From: Candidatus Rokuibacteriota bacterium
Lineage (GTDB): Bacteria > Methylomirabilota > Methylomirabilia > Rokubacteriales > CSP1-6
Length of the DNA stretch: 64,000 bases
Assembly: GCA_003220315.1 (NCBI GenBank)
Contig: QHSA01000133.1
Location: 14,843-78,842 of the forward strand
Reading direction: 5' to 3'
Positions 1 to 10,528 of this stretch are shown here, piece after piece. How positions within the stretch are numbered: position 1 is the first letter of the stretch; each line of letters begins with the position of its first letter. Position numbers and translations under genes: made by a program. The notes beneath the pieces were generated by a model, which did not search any database, was not told the origin of the DNA, and worked only from the letters and a program-made list of their open reading frames with translations.

Positions 1-1
1 G

Positions 2-784
2 TTGGAGGAAGACCGCCCCGAGCGACTCCGCGACCGAGACGAGCAGCCCCCCGACGAACGCGCCGAGGAGGCTCCCCATCCCGCCGATGATCACGATGTT
101 GAACGAGGCCACCGAGAGCGAGAGCCCGGTCGCCGGCTCCCAGGGCAGGATCGGTGCGACCAGCGCCCCCGCCGCCCCCACGCACGCCGCGCCGACACCG
201 AACGCGACCGCGTACACCCGTCGCACATCGGTGCCGATCACGAGGGCGCCGAAGGTGTTGTCCGCCGTGGCGCGCATCAGCCGACCGAGCTCGGTCCGGA
301 ACAGAAAGAGCCAGAGCGCCGCCGTCAGGGCGAGCGCGACGCCGAAGGCGATGAGGCGCGCGACGTCCACGAACACCGGGCCGAGCCAGATCGTCGCCGC
401 CGCGAGCGTCGAGCGGGCGCGCGTGGGCTCGGGGCCGAACGCGAGCAGCGCCGTGTTCTCGAGGATCAGCGCGACGCCGAGCATCAGGAGGATCTGCATC
501 TCGTGCGGCGCGTCGAGGACGCGGTCGACGAGCCCCCGCTGGACGACGAGTCCGAGGACGAAGAGCGCCGCGGCGGCGGCGCCGAACGCCACGTAGGGGT
601 CCACGCCGGCCCGCGACGCGAGGAGGAACGTGACGTACATTCCCCACACCATCATGTCGCCGTGGGCGAAGTTCACGACGCGCATGACGCCGAAGATGAG
701 CGTGAGGCCGACGGCCATGAGGCTGTAGACACCACCGAACAGGAGCCCGCTGACCAGGGACTGGAGGACCAGCGTGAGGTCCAG
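2..784 (-). CDS. livH: branched-chain amino acid ABC transporter permease (LivH-like), 3' end outside window
   Basis: Minus-strand frame reads LDLTLVLQSLVSGLLFGGVYSLMAVGLTLIFGVMRVVNFAHGD, the LivH N-terminal motif. Probable CTG start directly after the SBP stop. Confidence 0.85.
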   Translation of the reverse strand, partial: MDLTLVLQSLVSGLLFGGVYSLMAVGLTLIFGVMRVVNFAHGDMMVWGMYVTFLLASRAGVDPYVAFGAAAAALFVLGLVVQRGLVDRVLDAPHEMQILLMLGVALILENTALLAFGPEPTRARSTLAAATIWLGPVFVDVARLIAFGVALALTAALWLFLFRTELGRLMRATADNTFGALVIGTDVRRVYAVAFGVGAACVGAAGALVAPILPWEPATGLSLSVASFNIVIIGGMGSLLGAFVGGLLVSVAESLGAVFLQ

Positions 785-785
785 G

Positions 786-2072
786 CTAGACCTTGGGCCG
801 CGGGAACACGAACTTCTGCACCGCGGCGTCTCTGGGCCACACGACGACCGGCTTCTGGCCGAGGATCTGGATCATCGCCGTCGAGGCGTTCGGGTTGTCG
901 CCGATCTCGTTGAACACGACGGGACCCGCCGCCACGGCGAGGATGTCCTTGACGTTGGTCTTCTTCATCGCCTCCACGATGGCCTCCGGACCGTCGGGGT
1001 CCGCGAGCGCCTCCCGCCCGGCGCGCTCCAGGACGTCGGCGATGGTCAGCATCCCGTCGTACGACGCGACGGAGTTCGTGTCGAAGGTCTTTCCGCCCGA
1101 TCGCTTGCGGTACTCCTCCGCGACCGCCTGCGTGCGCGCCTTCTTGAAGTTGGGCCACGACGGCACGTTGTCCATCACGTACTCCAGATCGTCCTTGAGC
1201 GCCGCGAGTTGGCCCGCCTCGTAGAGACCGGGACTGCCGGGGCCGACGATGCCCATGACCTCGACACGCTGCTTCCGGATCTCGGGCAGCAGGAGCTGCG
1301 CGCTCGCCGGGCGCGTGATCGGCGCGATGACGTCGGGCTTCGCCGCCTTCGCCCGCGAGACCTCCGTGGAGAGGTCCGAGGGCGGCTCCGACCAGGGGAT
1401 GACCTCGACGATTTCCCACGACGGGCTCGCCGCTTTGTGGGCCGCGATGAACCCCTTCGACTGGTTCTGGCCGAAGAGGTCGTTCGTGTACATGAGCACG
1501 ACCCGCCTCGGCGCGACGCGGGCCGCCGCAAAGATCTCGTTGAAGTACCGGACCGCGAGGCGGCCGAAGCTCGAGCCGGTCGGGAAGTTCCGGTAGACGT
1601 ACTGGACCTTCTGCTGCCCGTCCTTCACCGCCTTCGCGACGTTCGCCGTGATCGGGTCGGCCGCCGCGATGTCCACGAGGAACGGCACGCGCTTCTGCTG
1701 GGCGACCGACACCATGGCCGCCGTCGAGCCGGAATCGAACGATCCCATGAGCATCCGCGCGCCCTGGTTGACGACGCGCTCCGCCTCGAGGCGCCCGAGA
1801 TCGGGCTTCGTCTGCGTGTCGCCCAGCAGCAGCTCCAGCTTCATCCCGCCGAGCGACTTGATGCCGCCCGCCGCGTTGATCGCGTCCGCGGCCATCTGAG
1901 CGCCGAGGCGGCACGCCTGGCCCGGCTCGGCGAGCGGGCCCGTCACGGGATGGATGACGCCAAGCTTGAAGGTCGCCGGCTGGGCGCGCAGCGCGCGCGG
2001 CGCGAAGCCGAGCGCCGCGCCCGTCGCGGTGGTGTTGAGGAACATCCGACGGCTGAGTCGGGTCAGTGCCAT
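786..2072 (-). CDS. LIV-type ABC transporter substrate-binding protein, Tat signal
   Basis: SRRMFL Tat motif; KLGVIHPVTGPLA...AINAAGGI...GDTQTKP PBP1 signature; GGAGG RBS. Confidence 0.9.
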   Translation of the reverse strand: MALTRLSRRMFLNTTATGAALGFAPRALRAQPATFKLGVIHPVTGPLAEPGQACRLGAQMAADAINAAGGIKSLGGMKLELLLGDTQTKPDLGRLEAERVVNQGARMLMGSFDSGSTAAMVSVAQQKRVPFLVDIAAADPITANVAKAVKDGQQKVQYVYRNFPTGSSFGRLAVRYFNEIFAAARVAPRRVVLMYTNDLFGQNQSKGFIAAHKAASPSWEIVEVIPWSEPPSDLSTEVSRAKAAKPDVIAPITRPASAQLLLPEIRKQRVEVMGIVGPGSPGLYEAGQLAALKDDLEYVMDNVPSWPNFKKARTQAVAEEYRKRSGGKTFDTNSVASYDGMLTIADVLERAGREALADPDGPEAIVEAMKKTNVKDILAVAAGPVVFNEIGDNPNASTAMIQILGQKPVVVWPRDAAVQKFVFPRPKV

Positions 2073-2099
2073 GCACTCCTCCCCCAGTGGTGTCGGTGG

Positions 2100-2105
2100 A
2101 TTATA
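2100..2105 (-). promoter_or_regulatory. sigma70 -10 box (TATAAT) upstream of the SBP gene
   Basis: Perfect TATAAT on the minus strand in a short intergenic region of very GC-rich DNA. Confidence 0.55.
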
Positions 2106-2147
2106 GCCCCCTCGGCGGTCGAGTCGGATTCCGCGGGCGGACGTCGC

Positions 2148-3296
2148 TCAGTCGTCGAGCAGCTCCTTGGCGATGATCAGCCGCTGGATCTGGTTCGTCC
2201 CCTCGTAGATCTGCATGATCTTCGCGTCCCGCATGAAGCGCTCGACGGGGTACTCGCGTGTGTAGCCGTAGCCCCCGAAGACCTGGATGGCGTCGGTCGC
2301 GACCTTCATCGCGGCGTCGCCGGCCCAGCACTTCGCCATCGACGCCTCGTACGTGTTGCCTCGGATCCCCGCGTCCACCTGACGGGCGGCGTGGTGGACC
2401 ATGAGGCGCGCGGCGTGGACCTGCATCGCCATGTCGGCGAGCATGAACTGGATACCCTGAAAGGCTGCGACCGCCCGCCCGAACTGGTGTCGCTCCCGGG
2501 CGTACGCCACCGCGGCGTCGAGCGCCGCCTGCGCGATGCCGACGGCCATCGCGCCGGTCGCCGGGCGCGTGACGTCGAGGGTCTCCATGGCGATCGTGAA
2601 TCCCTCGCCCTCCTCGCCGAGGCGGTTCGCGACCGGTACGGCGCAGTCGGTGAAGTGGAGCGCCACGGTGGGCGAGGCTCGGATGCCCATCTTCTTCTCC
2701 TTCTTACCCACGGCGAAGCCGGGCATGCCTCGCTCGACGAGGAACGCGGTGACGCCCTTCGCGCGCAGCTTCGGGTCGATCGTGGCGAAGACGACGATGA
2801 CGTCGGCGTGGTCGCCGTTGGTGCACCACTGCTTGGAGCCGTTCAGGACGTAGCGGTCACCCCTCCGCACCGCGGTCGTCCGGAGGCCCGCCGCGTCCGA
2901 GCCGGCGCCGGGCTCCGAGAGCGAGTACGCGGCGAGGAGCTCGCCCGTCGCCAGGCGCGGCAGGTACTTCGTCTTCTGCGCTTCGGTGCCGAAGCGGAGG
3001 ATCGGGAGCCCGCCGAGCGGCTGGTCGAGGTACTGGGTCGCCGTCGCCGCGCACGCCCACGCGATCTCCTCGCACACGAGCGCGAGCGCGAGGCACCCCG
3101 CATCGGTCCCGCCGTACCGCTCGGGCACCCAGATCCCGTAGAGCCCCGCGTCGATGAGCGCTCGGATCGAGTCCTCGGGGTACTCCTCGGCGTCGTCGTA
3201 CCGGGCCGCGTGCGGCGCCACGCGCTCACGCGCGATCGTGCGCGCGAGGTCACGGATCAGCCGCTGGTCCTCGGTCAGGTAGAAGGCGTCGTTCAC
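2148..3296 (-). CDS. acyl-CoA dehydrogenase
   Basis: [45 protein letters not shown] motifs; GTG start at VNDAFY. Confidence 0.95.
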   Translation of the reverse strand: MNDAFYLTEDQRLIRDLARTIARERVAPHAARYDDAEEYPEDSIRALIDAGLYGIWVPERYGGTDAGCLALALVCEEIAWACAATATQYLDQPLGGLPILRFGTEAQKTKYLPRLATGELLAAYSLSEPGAGSDAAGLRTTAVRRGDRYVLNGSKQWCTNGDHADVIVVFATIDPKLRAKGVTAFLVERGMPGFAVGKKEKKMGIRASPTVALHFTDCAVPVANRLGEEGEGFTIAMETLDVTRPATGAMAVGIAQAALDAAVAYARERHQFGRAVAAFQGIQFMLADMAMQVHAARLMVHHAARQVDAGIRGNTYEASMAKCWAGDAAMKVATDAIQVFGGYGYTREYPVERFMRDAKIMQIYEGTNQIQRLIIAKELLDD

Positions 3297-3307
3297 GGGC
3301 GTCCCCC

Positions 3308-4483
3308 TCAGATGATCCGCTGGCGCCGGAGATCGACGAGCCGCTCCGGCGGGTACCCGAGCGTCTCGCCGTAGATCTTGTCGTTGTGCTCGCCGAGACG
3401 CGGCGGGAAAGTGAGCGACGGCGGGTCGCCGACCGGAGGCGCGGGCAGCGCGACGGTGAGGCCGGTGCGCGGGTCCCGGACGTGGACGAGCCGAGGAGCC
3501 ACCAGCGGGTCGGCGACCACATCGGCCAGCGTGTTGACCCGCGAGATCGGGACCCCCGCCTCGCGCAGGAGGGCCTGCGCCTCGGCGGTCGGGAGCCGCG
3601 CGACGCGCTCGCCCAGCTCCCGATGGAGCCGCCCCACATCGGCGATGCGCCCGGCGTTCGCGGCCCACTCGGGCCGGTCGAGCCCGGCGAACGCGCGGAG
3701 CTTCGCCAGCGCGGCCCACTGCGCGTCGTTGCCGACGGCGACGTACACGTAACCGTCGCGGGTCTGAAAGACCGCCACGGGGGCAAAGAATGGATGGATG
3801 GTCCCCGTCCGTGTGATCCGCTCGCCCAGGCTCGCCGACAGGAGGACCGGTGAGACCATCCAGGAGACCGCGCTTCGCAGCATCGAGACGTCGAGCCGCG
3901 CCCCCGTCCCCGTCACGGCCCGGTGGTAGAGCGCCCGCATGATCGCGCCATAGCCGTGCTCCGCGGCGCCGAGGTCCACCATCGGCAGCCCGAACACCAT
4001 GGGCGGGCCGTCGGGCGCGCCGGTGAGCTCCATGAACCCCGCGCGGGCCTGGAGGATCGGGTCGTACGCGGCCTCGTCGTGGTCGGGCCCGAAGCCGGTG
4101 ACGCCGAGCCAGATCAGGTCGGGCTTGACGGCCCGGAGCGTGGCGTCGTCGATGCCGAGCTTCGCGTAGCTCCGCGGGCGCTGGTTGGTGGCGAAGACGT
4201 CCACCCGGAGCGCGCGGACGAGCTCACGGAGGATCCGGCGCCCCTCGGCCTCGCCGAGGTTCAGGGTAACCGCTTCCTTGCCACAATTGTTCGGCAGGAA
4301 ATAGCTCCGCATGTCGGCCTCGCCCAGCACGTCACGGCCGACGAATCGGTTCGGGTCCGGGCGCCCGGCGTTCTCGACGCGGATCACGCGCGCGCCGTCG
4401 CATGCGAGCCGATAGGTGAGGAACGGCAGGACCGTCGCCTGCTCGAGCGAGAGGACCGTGACGCCCTCGAGGGCTCGCGTCAC
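3308..4483 (-). CDS. CaiB/BaiF family (class III) CoA-transferase
   Basis: LEGVTVLSL...[35 protein letters not shown]. Confidence 0.9.
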   Translation of the reverse strand: MTRALEGVTVLSLEQATVLPFLTYRLACDGARVIRVENAGRPDPNRFVGRDVLGEADMRSYFLPNNCGKEAVTLNLGEAEGRRILRELVRALRVDVFATNQRPRSYAKLGIDDATLRAVKPDLIWLGVTGFGPDHDEAAYDPILQARAGFMELTGAPDGPPMVFGLPMVDLGAAEHGYGAIMRALYHRAVTGTGARLDVSMLRSAVSWMVSPVLLSASLGERITRTGTIHPFFAPVAVFQTRDGYVYVAVGNDAQWAALAKLRAFAGLDRPEWAANAGRIADVGRLHRELGERVARLPTAEAQALLREAGVPISRVNTLADVVADPLVAPRLVHVRDPRTGLTVALPAPPVGDPPSLTFPPRLGEHNDKIYGETLGYPPERLVDLRRQRII

Positions 4484-5751
4484 CGGACGGTGCGGCGGTC
4501 CACGACCCGGACCGCCTTGCCCTGAGATCGCTCGAGCTCGCCGAGCCTCGCGAAGCGGACCTCCGGGGAGAGCGCCAGGAGGTCGGAGAGCTCGCGGCGA
4601 ATCCGCGCGCCCACGGCGGGATCGCAGCCGGCCTCGGCCTCGACGTGGATCGTCAGGCGCTCGCCCCCGCCCTCGCCCTCGAGGACGATCTGGTACTCGT
4701 GGCTCAGGTTGGGCTGGCGCAGGAGGACGGTCTCCACCTGGCGCGGGTAGAAGTTCACGCCCTTGAAGATCACCATGTCGTCGGTCCGGCCGCGCAGCCG
4801 GTCGAGCCGGAGCGCCGTCCGGCCGCAGTCGCACCTCGCGCGCGAGAGCACGCGCGTGAGGTCGTGGGTGCGGTAGCGGACGAGCGGCAGCCCGACGCGC
4901 GTCAGCGTCGAGACGACCAGCTCACCCTCGGTGCCGTCCGGCACGACGGCGCCGGTCGCCGGGTCCACGATCTCGGGATGGTAGTGGTCCTCCCAGACGT
5001 GGATCCCCGCACGCGCCCCGCAATCGATCCCCATGCCGGGTCCGCCGGTCTCGGTCATGCCGATGATGTCGAAGCTCTGGATCGCGAGCTCCCGCTCGAT
5101 GCGCAGGCGCAGCTCGTCGGACCACGTCTCCGAGCCGAAGATCCCGACGCGGAGCGAGAGCGAGGCGAGGTCGAACTGCTCCTCGCGCGCCACCTCGACG
5201 AGCCGCAGCGGGTAGGTCGCGATCGCGGTCACGACGGTGGCCTTGAGGTCCCGCATGAGCCGCAACTGGAGGGAGGTGCGCCCCGCGCCCGTGGGAATCA
5301 CCATCGCGCCGAGGCGCTCGGCCCCGTAGTGGAAGCCGAAGCCGCCCGTGAAGAGGCCGAACGACGGCGTGATCTGGATGACGTCGCTCCGGCCGACGCT
5401 CGCCGCGACGTAGCAGCGCGCCATGACCTCGCCCCACTGCGCCACGTCCTCGGCGGTGTACGGGTTGAGGATCGGGTTCCCCGTCGTGCCGCTCGACATG
5501 TGGACCCGGCGGTAGGCCTGCTCCCGCCCGCACGCGAGGGCGAAGGGGTAGGCGTCGCGCAGCTCGGCCTTCGTGAGGAACGGCAGCCGGCGCCAGTCCT
5601 CGAGCCGCCGGAGGTCTTCCGGCCGCGCGCCGCCGAGCCGGCGTGCGTGCGCTGGGTGATCGCTGAGGCGAGCGAGCGTGGCGCGCATCCGCTCGAGGAC
5701 CAGGCGCTCGAGCCGCTCGCGGTCGAGAGCTTCGAGCTCGGGCTGGAACAT
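4480..5751 (-). CDS. paaK: phenylacetate-CoA ligase-like acyl-CoA ligase
   Basis: LPFLTK..LRDAYPF, MSSGTTGNP, GLFTGGFGFHYGAERLG, RYRTHDLT, GRTDDM. Confidence 0.85.
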   Translation of the reverse strand: MFQPELEALDRERLERLVLERMRATLARLSDHPAHARRLGGARPEDLRRLEDWRRLPFLTKAELRDAYPFALACGREQAYRRVHMSSGTTGNPILNPYTAEDVAQWGEVMARCYVAASVGRSDVIQITPSFGLFTGGFGFHYGAERLGAMVIPTGAGRTSLQLRLMRDLKATVVTAIATYPLRLVEVAREEQFDLASLSLRVGIFGSETWSDELRLRIERELAIQSFDIIGMTETGGPGMGIDCGARAGIHVWEDHYHPEIVDPATGAVVPDGTEGELVVSTLTRVGLPLVRYRTHDLTRVLSRARCDCGRTALRLDRLRGRTDDMVIFKGVNFYPRQVETVLLRQPNLSHEYQIVLEGEGGGERLTIHVEAEAGCDPAVGARIRRELSDLLALSPEVRFARLGELERSQGKAVRVVDRRTVR

Positions 5752-5773
5752 CCGCTCGCGGGCGACCGCCTGT

Positions 5774-6499
5774 CTACGCGGGCGTGAGGTTGCGGAGCCC
5801 GCCGAGCTTCCGGAGACCCAGCGCATAGGGAAGGGCCCGGAGCACGACGCCCAGCGTCTCGCGCTGGCGCGCGAGCCAGGTGACCTCGGGACGGGGCGGG
5901 AGCGGCGCCGCGAGCGCGGCGAGGTCGAGGTACCAGGTGCGAGCCCGACCCACGCCCTCGAGCTCCTCCTCGAGCGGCCGGGCGCCCGTGCGCAGACGTT
6001 CGTCCGCGCGCTCCCACAGCGGCTCGGACATCAGGAGGTACTCGCGAACCGGGACGGAGTTCTTCAGCATCCGATGGACGAAGATGACGTCGAAGCCCGC
6101 GAGCCTCGTGAGCCGCTTGACCCGCTGGGGCGCCACGTCGCCCAGGTGGGCGACGAACTTGACCTTGAGGTTCCCGACCTGGGCGCACCCCTGGCACGGG
6201 CAGTTGTTGAGGCAGGCGATTTTCTGCTGGAGCGCGTGAAAGGCGCCGTGCATGGCCACCGACTGGCCAAGCGCCGACTCCACCAGCTCCGGGCCCGTGC
6301 CGCCCGGCAACGGGCGGTACATGAACGCGGCGTCCCCCTCCACCTCCACGAGATCGAGGGCCGAGGTGGCGTCGATCATCGCCTCGAGCAGTCGGGCCAC
6401 GACATCCTGGGCGTGCGCCAGGTCCGTCCGGTGGAACTCCATGAAGCGGGTATAACCCGCGATGTCGGCGATGAGGAGGAGCCCGCGCTGGACCGCCAT
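5774..6499 (-). CDS. DUF2652-type / class III nucleotide cyclase-like protein
   Basis: LLIADIAGYTRF, EVEGDA, CxCxxC then LKVKFVAHLG, HRMLKN. Confidence 0.75.
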   Translation of the reverse strand: MAVQRGLLLIADIAGYTRFMEFHRTDLAHAQDVVARLLEAMIDATSALDLVEVEGDAAFMYRPLPGGTGPELVESALGQSVAMHGAFHALQQKIACLNNCPCQGCAQVGNLKVKFVAHLGDVAPQRVKRLTRLAGFDVIFVHRMLKNSVPVREYLLMSEPLWERADERLRTGARPLEEELEGVGRARTWYLDLAALAAPLPPRPEVTWLARQRETLGVVLRALPYALGLRKLGGLRNLTPA

Positions 6500-6511
6500 G
6501 CCGCCTCCATC

Positions 6512-7267
6512 CTACACCCCGAGCCCCCCTCGACGGGCGCCGGCGTGCGCCGCCAACCCGAGGTAGGCGGCACGGACGCGCGGGTCCTCACCGAGCTCCT
6601 GGCTCGTCCCCGCGACGACGACGCGACCCGTCTCGAGCACGTAGCCGCGGCTCGCGAGCCGGAGCGCCCGGCGCGCGTTCTGCTCGACGAGCAGGACGGC
6701 CACGCCCGTCGCGTTGATCCGCTGGATGGTTCGGAAGATCTCGCGCGAGAGCATCGGCGCCAGGCCGAGCGAGGGCTCGTCGAGCAGGAGCAGGCGCGGC
6801 CGGGCCACGAGCGCCCGGGCGATCGCGAGCATCTGCTGCTCGCCGCCGGAGAGCGTGCCCGCGAGCTGGCGCCGCCGCTCGCGCAACACGGGGAAGAGCT
6901 CGAACGCGTCCTCGAGTCGCGCCGCCAGGTCGCGCCGGGGAACCGTATGGCCACCGACGAGCAGATTCTCGAGCACGGTGAACTCGACGAAGACGTCGCG
7001 CCCCTCCGGCACGTGCCCGACACCGGCCGCGACGATCCGGTCCGCGGGCTCACGCGTGATGTCGCGCCCCTCGTAGAGCACGCGGCCTTGCGCGGGCCTC
7101 ACCAGTCCCGAAATCGTTCTCAGCGTCGTGGACTTGCCACTGCCGTTCGCCCCGAGGAGCGCGACGATCTCGCCGCGGCCCACCGTGAGCGAGACGCCCT
7201 CCACCGCGCGGCGCTTGCCGTAGGACACCGCGAGGTCCTCGACCGCGAGCGTCGCCGGCATCCTCAT
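6512..7267 (-). CDS. livF: LIV ABC transporter ATP-binding protein
   Basis: GANGSGKS, VPEGR, LSGGEQQMLAIARAL, LDEPSLGLAP. Confidence 0.95.
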   Translation of the reverse strand: MRMPATLAVEDLAVSYGKRRAVEGVSLTVGRGEIVALLGANGSGKSTTLRTISGLVRPAQGRVLYEGRDITREPADRIVAAGVGHVPEGRDVFVEFTVLENLLVGGHTVPRRDLAARLEDAFELFPVLRERRRQLAGTLSGGEQQMLAIARALVARPRLLLLDEPSLGLAPMLSREIFRTIQRINATGVAVLLVEQNARRALRLASRGYVLETGRVVVAGTSQELGEDPRVRAAYLGLAAHAGARRGGLGV

Positions 7268-7389
7268 AGGCTCGCCTCGCACGGCGGGGCCGATTTGTAT
7301 CGCTCGCCTCGGGCCTGGGGGCCCCAGCCCCCGGTCGGCCCTGCGGCTCGCCCTGCGGCCCCGCGACGTGCTGCGGCTCGCACTGCCAT
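7264..7389 (-). repeat. family A hairpin repeat (nested) carrying a 41-aa bridging ORF
   Basis: Core CGAGCCGCAG-stem-CGAGGCGAG nested twice. ORF MAVRAAARRG...APPCEASL* starts 2 nt after the livG stop and ends in an ATGA overlap with livF. Confidence 0.85.
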
Positions 7390-7391
7390 CC

Positions 7392-8153
7392 TCAGTCGTC
7401 CTCGCGGCCCAGATAGGCCTCGACCACCGCCGGCTCGACGGCGATCGCGCGCGGCTGGCCCTCGGCGATCTTCCGCCCGTAGTTCAGCACGGCCACGCGG
7501 TCGGAGACGCCCATCACGAGCTCCATGTCGTGCTCGACGAGCAGGATCGTGAGCCCCCGCTCGTCCCGCAGCCGCACGATCAACCCCATGAGCGCCTGGG
7601 TCTCGGTGGGATTGAGGCCGCCGGCGGGCTCGTCGAGCAGCAGGAGCCTGGGCTCCGCGGCGAGCGCGCGCGCGAGCTCGAGGCGCTTCTGGAGCCCGAG
7701 CGGCAGGCTGCGCGCCTCGACGCCGGCCTGGCCCTCGAGCCCCAGGCGCGCCAGGAGCGCGCGCGCGGTCGCGCGCGCCGCGCCCTCCTCCCGAAGGACC
7801 GCGGGGAGCCCGAGCGCGCCGCGGAGCGCGCCCGCGCGGAGGTGGGCGTGGCAGCCGATCAGCACGTTGTCGAGCACGGTGAGCTGGCGAAAGACCTCGG
7901 TGTTCTGGAAGGTGCGCGCGATCCCGCACCGCGCGATCGCGTGCGGTCCCATGGCCAGGAGGTCACGGCCGAGGAAGGTGACGCGACCGGACGCGGGGCG
8001 TTCGAGGCCGGTCACGATGTTGAAGACCGTCGACTTCCCCGCCCCGTTGGGGCCGATCAGCGCCACGATCTCCCGCGCGGCGACCTCGACGGAGAAGCCA
8101 CTCAGCGCGGCGAGGCCGCCGAAGCTGATCGAGAGGTCCTCGACGCGGAGCAC
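7392..8153 (-). CDS. livG: LIV ABC transporter ATP-binding protein
   Basis: GPNGAGKS, ARTFQN, LDEPAGGLN, VVEAYLG. Confidence 0.95.
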   Translation of the reverse strand: MLRVEDLSISFGGLAALSGFSVEVAAREIVALIGPNGAGKSTVFNIVTGLERPASGRVTFLGRDLLAMGPHAIARCGIARTFQNTEVFRQLTVLDNVLIGCHAHLRAGALRGALGLPAVLREEGAARATARALLARLGLEGQAGVEARSLPLGLQKRLELARALAAEPRLLLLDEPAGGLNPTETQALMGLIVRLRDERGLTILLVEHDMELVMGVSDRVAVLNYGRKIAEGQPRAIAVEPAVVEAYLGREDD

Positions 8154-8159
8154 CGCGCG

Positions 8160-9323
8160 CTACTCGGCCCTGAGCCAGTCGGTGAGCTGCTTGAAGCGGC
8201 CCCGCTCCACGCGCACCCAGAACCCCTGCCGCTGGGTCTCGTGGTCCGGGCCGATCGTGACCGGCGGCAGGATGCCGCTCTCGAATCCACGGATCCCCTC
8301 GAGCGCGACGACGAGTCCCTCGCGCGTGAGGCGGCGGCCCGCGCGCGTGGCGCCCTCCGTGAAGAGCATCGCCGCGAAGTAGCCCGAGAGGGAGTAGCGG
8401 TTGGGCTCGTTCTTCGGGAGGTACGTCTTTAAGTCATCGCGATATCGCTTGACGCCCGGCCGGTCCGAGGTCAGCGGGTCGGGCCAGAGCGACAGTCCCT
8501 CGACGCCCTCCGACGCGTCTCCCGCGAGCGCGAGGTAACGCTCGTCGGTGAGCGGGCCGGAGGAGACCATGACGACCTCGCTCCAGCCGATCTTCTGGCG
8601 CTCGCGGAGCGCCTGGGCGCCCGGGCCGGGCGTGAGGACGAGGAAGAGCACGTCGGGCCTGGCCGCCTGAAGCTTGGCCATCTGGGCGCTCACGTCGGTG
8701 ACGCCGCGCTTGACCGACTCCGTCGCCACCAGCTTGAGCCCGTGGCGCCCGAGGTCTTTCTCGAGGGCGGTGAGGAACGACTTGCCGTACTCGTCGTCCT
8801 GGTAGAGCGTCGCGAACTTCCCGAACTTCCGCGCGCCCACGAGGTAGTCGATCATCATGCGCGACTGCCGGTCGTAGAGCGTCATCCCGCTGAAGACCCA
8901 CTTCCGCCCGCGCGTGATCGGCGAGCCCTGGAACGGGAAGAGCAGCGGGACACGGTTCTCCTCGAGGTACTCGAGCGTCGCCACCACCGGCGGCGTGCCC
9001 TGCGGGGCGATGATCGCGAAGACTCCATCCTGCTCGAGGAGCTTCCGCGTGTTGGCGACCGCCTCCTGCGGCTTGTAGCCGTCGTCGTAGTACACCGTCC
9101 GCACCTTCCGGCCGTGGATGCCCCCGCCGTCGTTGACGGCCTTGAAGTAGAGGTCCACCCCGAACCTCGTCGCCTGCTCGCCCGTGAAGGCGAGCGGGCC
9201 CGAGAACGAGTTCGAGCCGCCGAGCAGGATCTCGGCGTCGGTCACGCCCTGCTGCGCCCGGGCGGGCAGCGGAGTGGCGCCCGTGGTGAGGCCCGCGATG
9301 ACGAGGGCCAGGAGGACTCGCAT
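8160..9323 (-). CDS. ABC substrate-binding protein (LIV/PBP1), paralog 2
   Basis: Signal peptide, QGVTDAEILLG, VNDGGGIHGRK, YDDGYKPQ. Confidence 0.9.
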   Translation of the reverse strand: MRVLLALVIAGLTTGATPLPARAQQGVTDAEILLGGSNSFSGPLAFTGEQATRFGVDLYFKAVNDGGGIHGRKVRTVYYDDGYKPQEAVANTRKLLEQDGVFAIIAPQGTPPVVATLEYLEENRVPLLFPFQGSPITRGRKWVFSGMTLYDRQSRMMIDYLVGARKFGKFATLYQDDEYGKSFLTALEKDLGRHGLKLVATESVKRGVTDVSAQMAKLQAARPDVLFLVLTPGPGAQALRERQKIGWSEVVMVSSGPLTDERYLALAGDASEGVEGLSLWPDPLTSDRPGVKRYRDDLKTYLPKNEPNRYSLSGYFAAMLFTEGATRAGRRLTREGLVVALEGIRGFESGILPPVTIGPDHETQRQGFWVRVERGRFKQLTDWLRAE

Positions 9324-9344
9324 ACGTCGTCTCCTTCTCGTCGG

Positions 9345-10505
9345 CTACTCCGACTTGAGCCAGTCGGTGAGCTGCTTGAAGCGGCCCCGCTCCACACGCA
9401 CCCAGACCGCCTGCTTTTGGGTCTCGTGGTCCGGGCCGATGGTGAGCGGCGGCAGGATCCCGCTCTCCCAGCGCTTGACGGACTGGAGGGCGGCGATCAA
9501 CGACTCGCGGGTCAGCCGGGCCCCCGCGCGCGTGGCGCCCTCCGCGAAGAGCATCGCGGCGAAGTAGCCCGCGAGGGAATACCGGTTGGGCTCGTTCCGC
9601 GGGAAGTAGTTCTGCATGTGCTCGCGGTAACGCCGCACGCCTGGCAGGTCCGAGGTGAGCGGGTCGGGCCAGAGCGACAGCCCCTCGACACCCTCGGCAG
9701 CGTCGCCGGCGAGCGAGAGATACCGCTCGTCGGTGAGCGGGCCGGTGGACACCATGAGCGTGTCGGTCCAGCCGATCTTCTGCCGCTCCCTGAGCGCCTG
9801 CGCGCCCGGGCCGGGTACGAGGACCAGGAAGGTCACCTCGGGCTTCGCGGTGTGGAGCTTGGCGATCTGGGCGCTCACGTCGGTGACGCCGCGCTTCACC
9901 GATTCGACCGCGAGCAGCCTGAGGCCGTGGCGCGCCAGGTCCTTCTCGAAGGCCGTGAGGAACGACTTGCCGTACTCGTCGTCCTGGTAAAGCGCGGCGA
10001 ACTTCCTGTACTTTCGCCGACCCACCAGATAGTCGATCATCATCCGTGACGAGCGGTCGCTCATCGTCATGCCCTGGAAGACCCAGTGCCGGCCGCGCGT
10101 GACGGTCGAGCTCTGGTACGGGAACAGGAGCGGGACACGGTTCTGCTCGAGGTACTCGAGCGTCGCCACGACCGGTGGGGCGCCCTGCGGGATGATGACC
10201 GCGAACACCTGGTCCTGCTCGACGAGCTTGCGTGTGTTTGCCACCGCGTCCTGCGGCTTGTAACCGTCGTCGTACCAGATCGTCCGCACCTTCCGGCCGT
10301 GGATGCCCCCGCCGTCGTTGACGGCCTTGAAGCCGAGATCCACCCCGAACTTCGTGATCTGCTCGCCCGTGAAGGCCAGCGGGCCCGAGAACGAGTTCGA
10401 GCCGCCGAGCAGGATCTCGGTGTCGGTGACGCCCTGCTCGGCGCGCGCCGGCGCCGCGACCATCACGACGAGGGCGAGCAGCGGAAGGAGCCATCCGGAT
10501 CTCAT
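9345..10505 (-). CDS. ABC substrate-binding protein (LIV/PBP1), paralog 1
   Basis: Start MRSGWLL with AAGGAG RBS; closely similar to 8160-9323. Confidence 0.9.
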   Translation of the reverse strand: MRSGWLLPLLALVVMVAAPARAEQGVTDTEILLGGSNSFSGPLAFTGEQITKFGVDLGFKAVNDGGGIHGRKVRTIWYDDGYKPQDAVANTRKLVEQDQVFAVIIPQGAPPVVATLEYLEQNRVPLLFPYQSSTVTRGRHWVFQGMTMSDRSSRMMIDYLVGRRKYRKFAALYQDDEYGKSFLTAFEKDLARHGLRLLAVESVKRGVTDVSAQIAKLHTAKPEVTFLVLVPGPGAQALRERQKIGWTDTLMVSTGPLTDERYLSLAGDAAEGVEGLSLWPDPLTSDLPGVRRYREHMQNYFPRNEPNRYSLAGYFAAMLFAEGATRAGARLTRESLIAALQSVKRWESGILPPLTIGPDHETQKQAVWVRVERGRFKQLTDWLKSE

Positions 10506-10528
10506 GGTCGTTCTCCTTGTAGCGGGGT

